Positions 63,920-64,000 of a DNA stretch of 64,000 bases are shown here, piece after piece. The translations under genes and the position numbers were made by a program. Position 1 is the first letter of the stretch; the number at the start of each line of letters is the position of its first letter. The notes beneath the pieces were generated by a model. It did not search any database and was not told the origin of the DNA. It saw only the letters and a list, made by a program, of their open reading frames with translations. The DNA is from Clostridiales bacterium UBA7568 (lineage in GTDB: Bacteria > Bacillota > Clostridia > Oscillospirales > CAG-272): positions 245,205-309,204 of the forward strand of contig DLLG01000004.1 of the NCBI GenBank assembly GCA_002479075.1. The letters run 5' to 3'.

Positions 63920-64000
63920 ACGGGGATTCTCCTTTCGCTTGCACGTTTATTTAGGTGTTTTAAGTCTTCTTATCTTATAAAACAGCGGGATGTTCTCCCC

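Overview
This 64-kb window is chromosomal DNA from a spore-forming Firmicute. Gene content and synteny suggest Clostridia, possibly an Oscillospirales/Ruminococcaceae-type organism, but I cannot verify that without a database. I call about 64 protein genes. I saw no rRNA or tRNA genes, and no transposase, integrase, CRISPR array or phage genes. Most of the window is core housekeeping:

- **Division and cell wall:** an almost complete dcw cluster on the minus strand (mraZ-rsmH-ftsL-PBP-murE-murF-mraY-ftsW-murG-ftsQ-ftsZ), which lacks murD and ftsA.
- **Protein quality control and segregation:** lon-engB, scpA-scpB, and ytfI/ytfJ-like genes followed by a DD-carboxypeptidase and rluB.
- **Translation and RNA modification:** prfB, rpsU-rimM-trmD, and coaD-rsmD.
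- **Other core functions:** uvrC, ptsH, nfnAB, copA, htpG, pfk and lexA.

The less ordinary parts are:

1. An ECF sigma, an anti-sigma-like protein and a lipoprotein serpin form one module at the left edge.
2. A roughly 450-bp block of tandem structured repeats lies at 60.1-60.55 kb. Its sequence variants preserve RNA hairpins only on the minus strand.
3. A lipoprotein version of trigger factor sits at the position tig occupies in B. subtilis, upstream of lon.
4. A sigma factor carries a roughly 340-aa cytoplasmic C-terminal extension. It is followed by a consensus promoter and a terminator with no gene between them, which is a candidate sRNA.
5. lexA is translationally coupled to a xylose-isomerase-like (AP_endonuc_2-type) TIM-barrel protein.
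6. A mazF toxin gene has no adjacent antitoxin.
7. An MgsA-like protein has its catalytic residues substituted.
8. HtpG carries a Cys/His-rich insert.
9. An array of GTGG boxes, likely the MraZ operator, lies in the mraZ leader.

All functional calls come from reading motifs by eye. No database search was possible.
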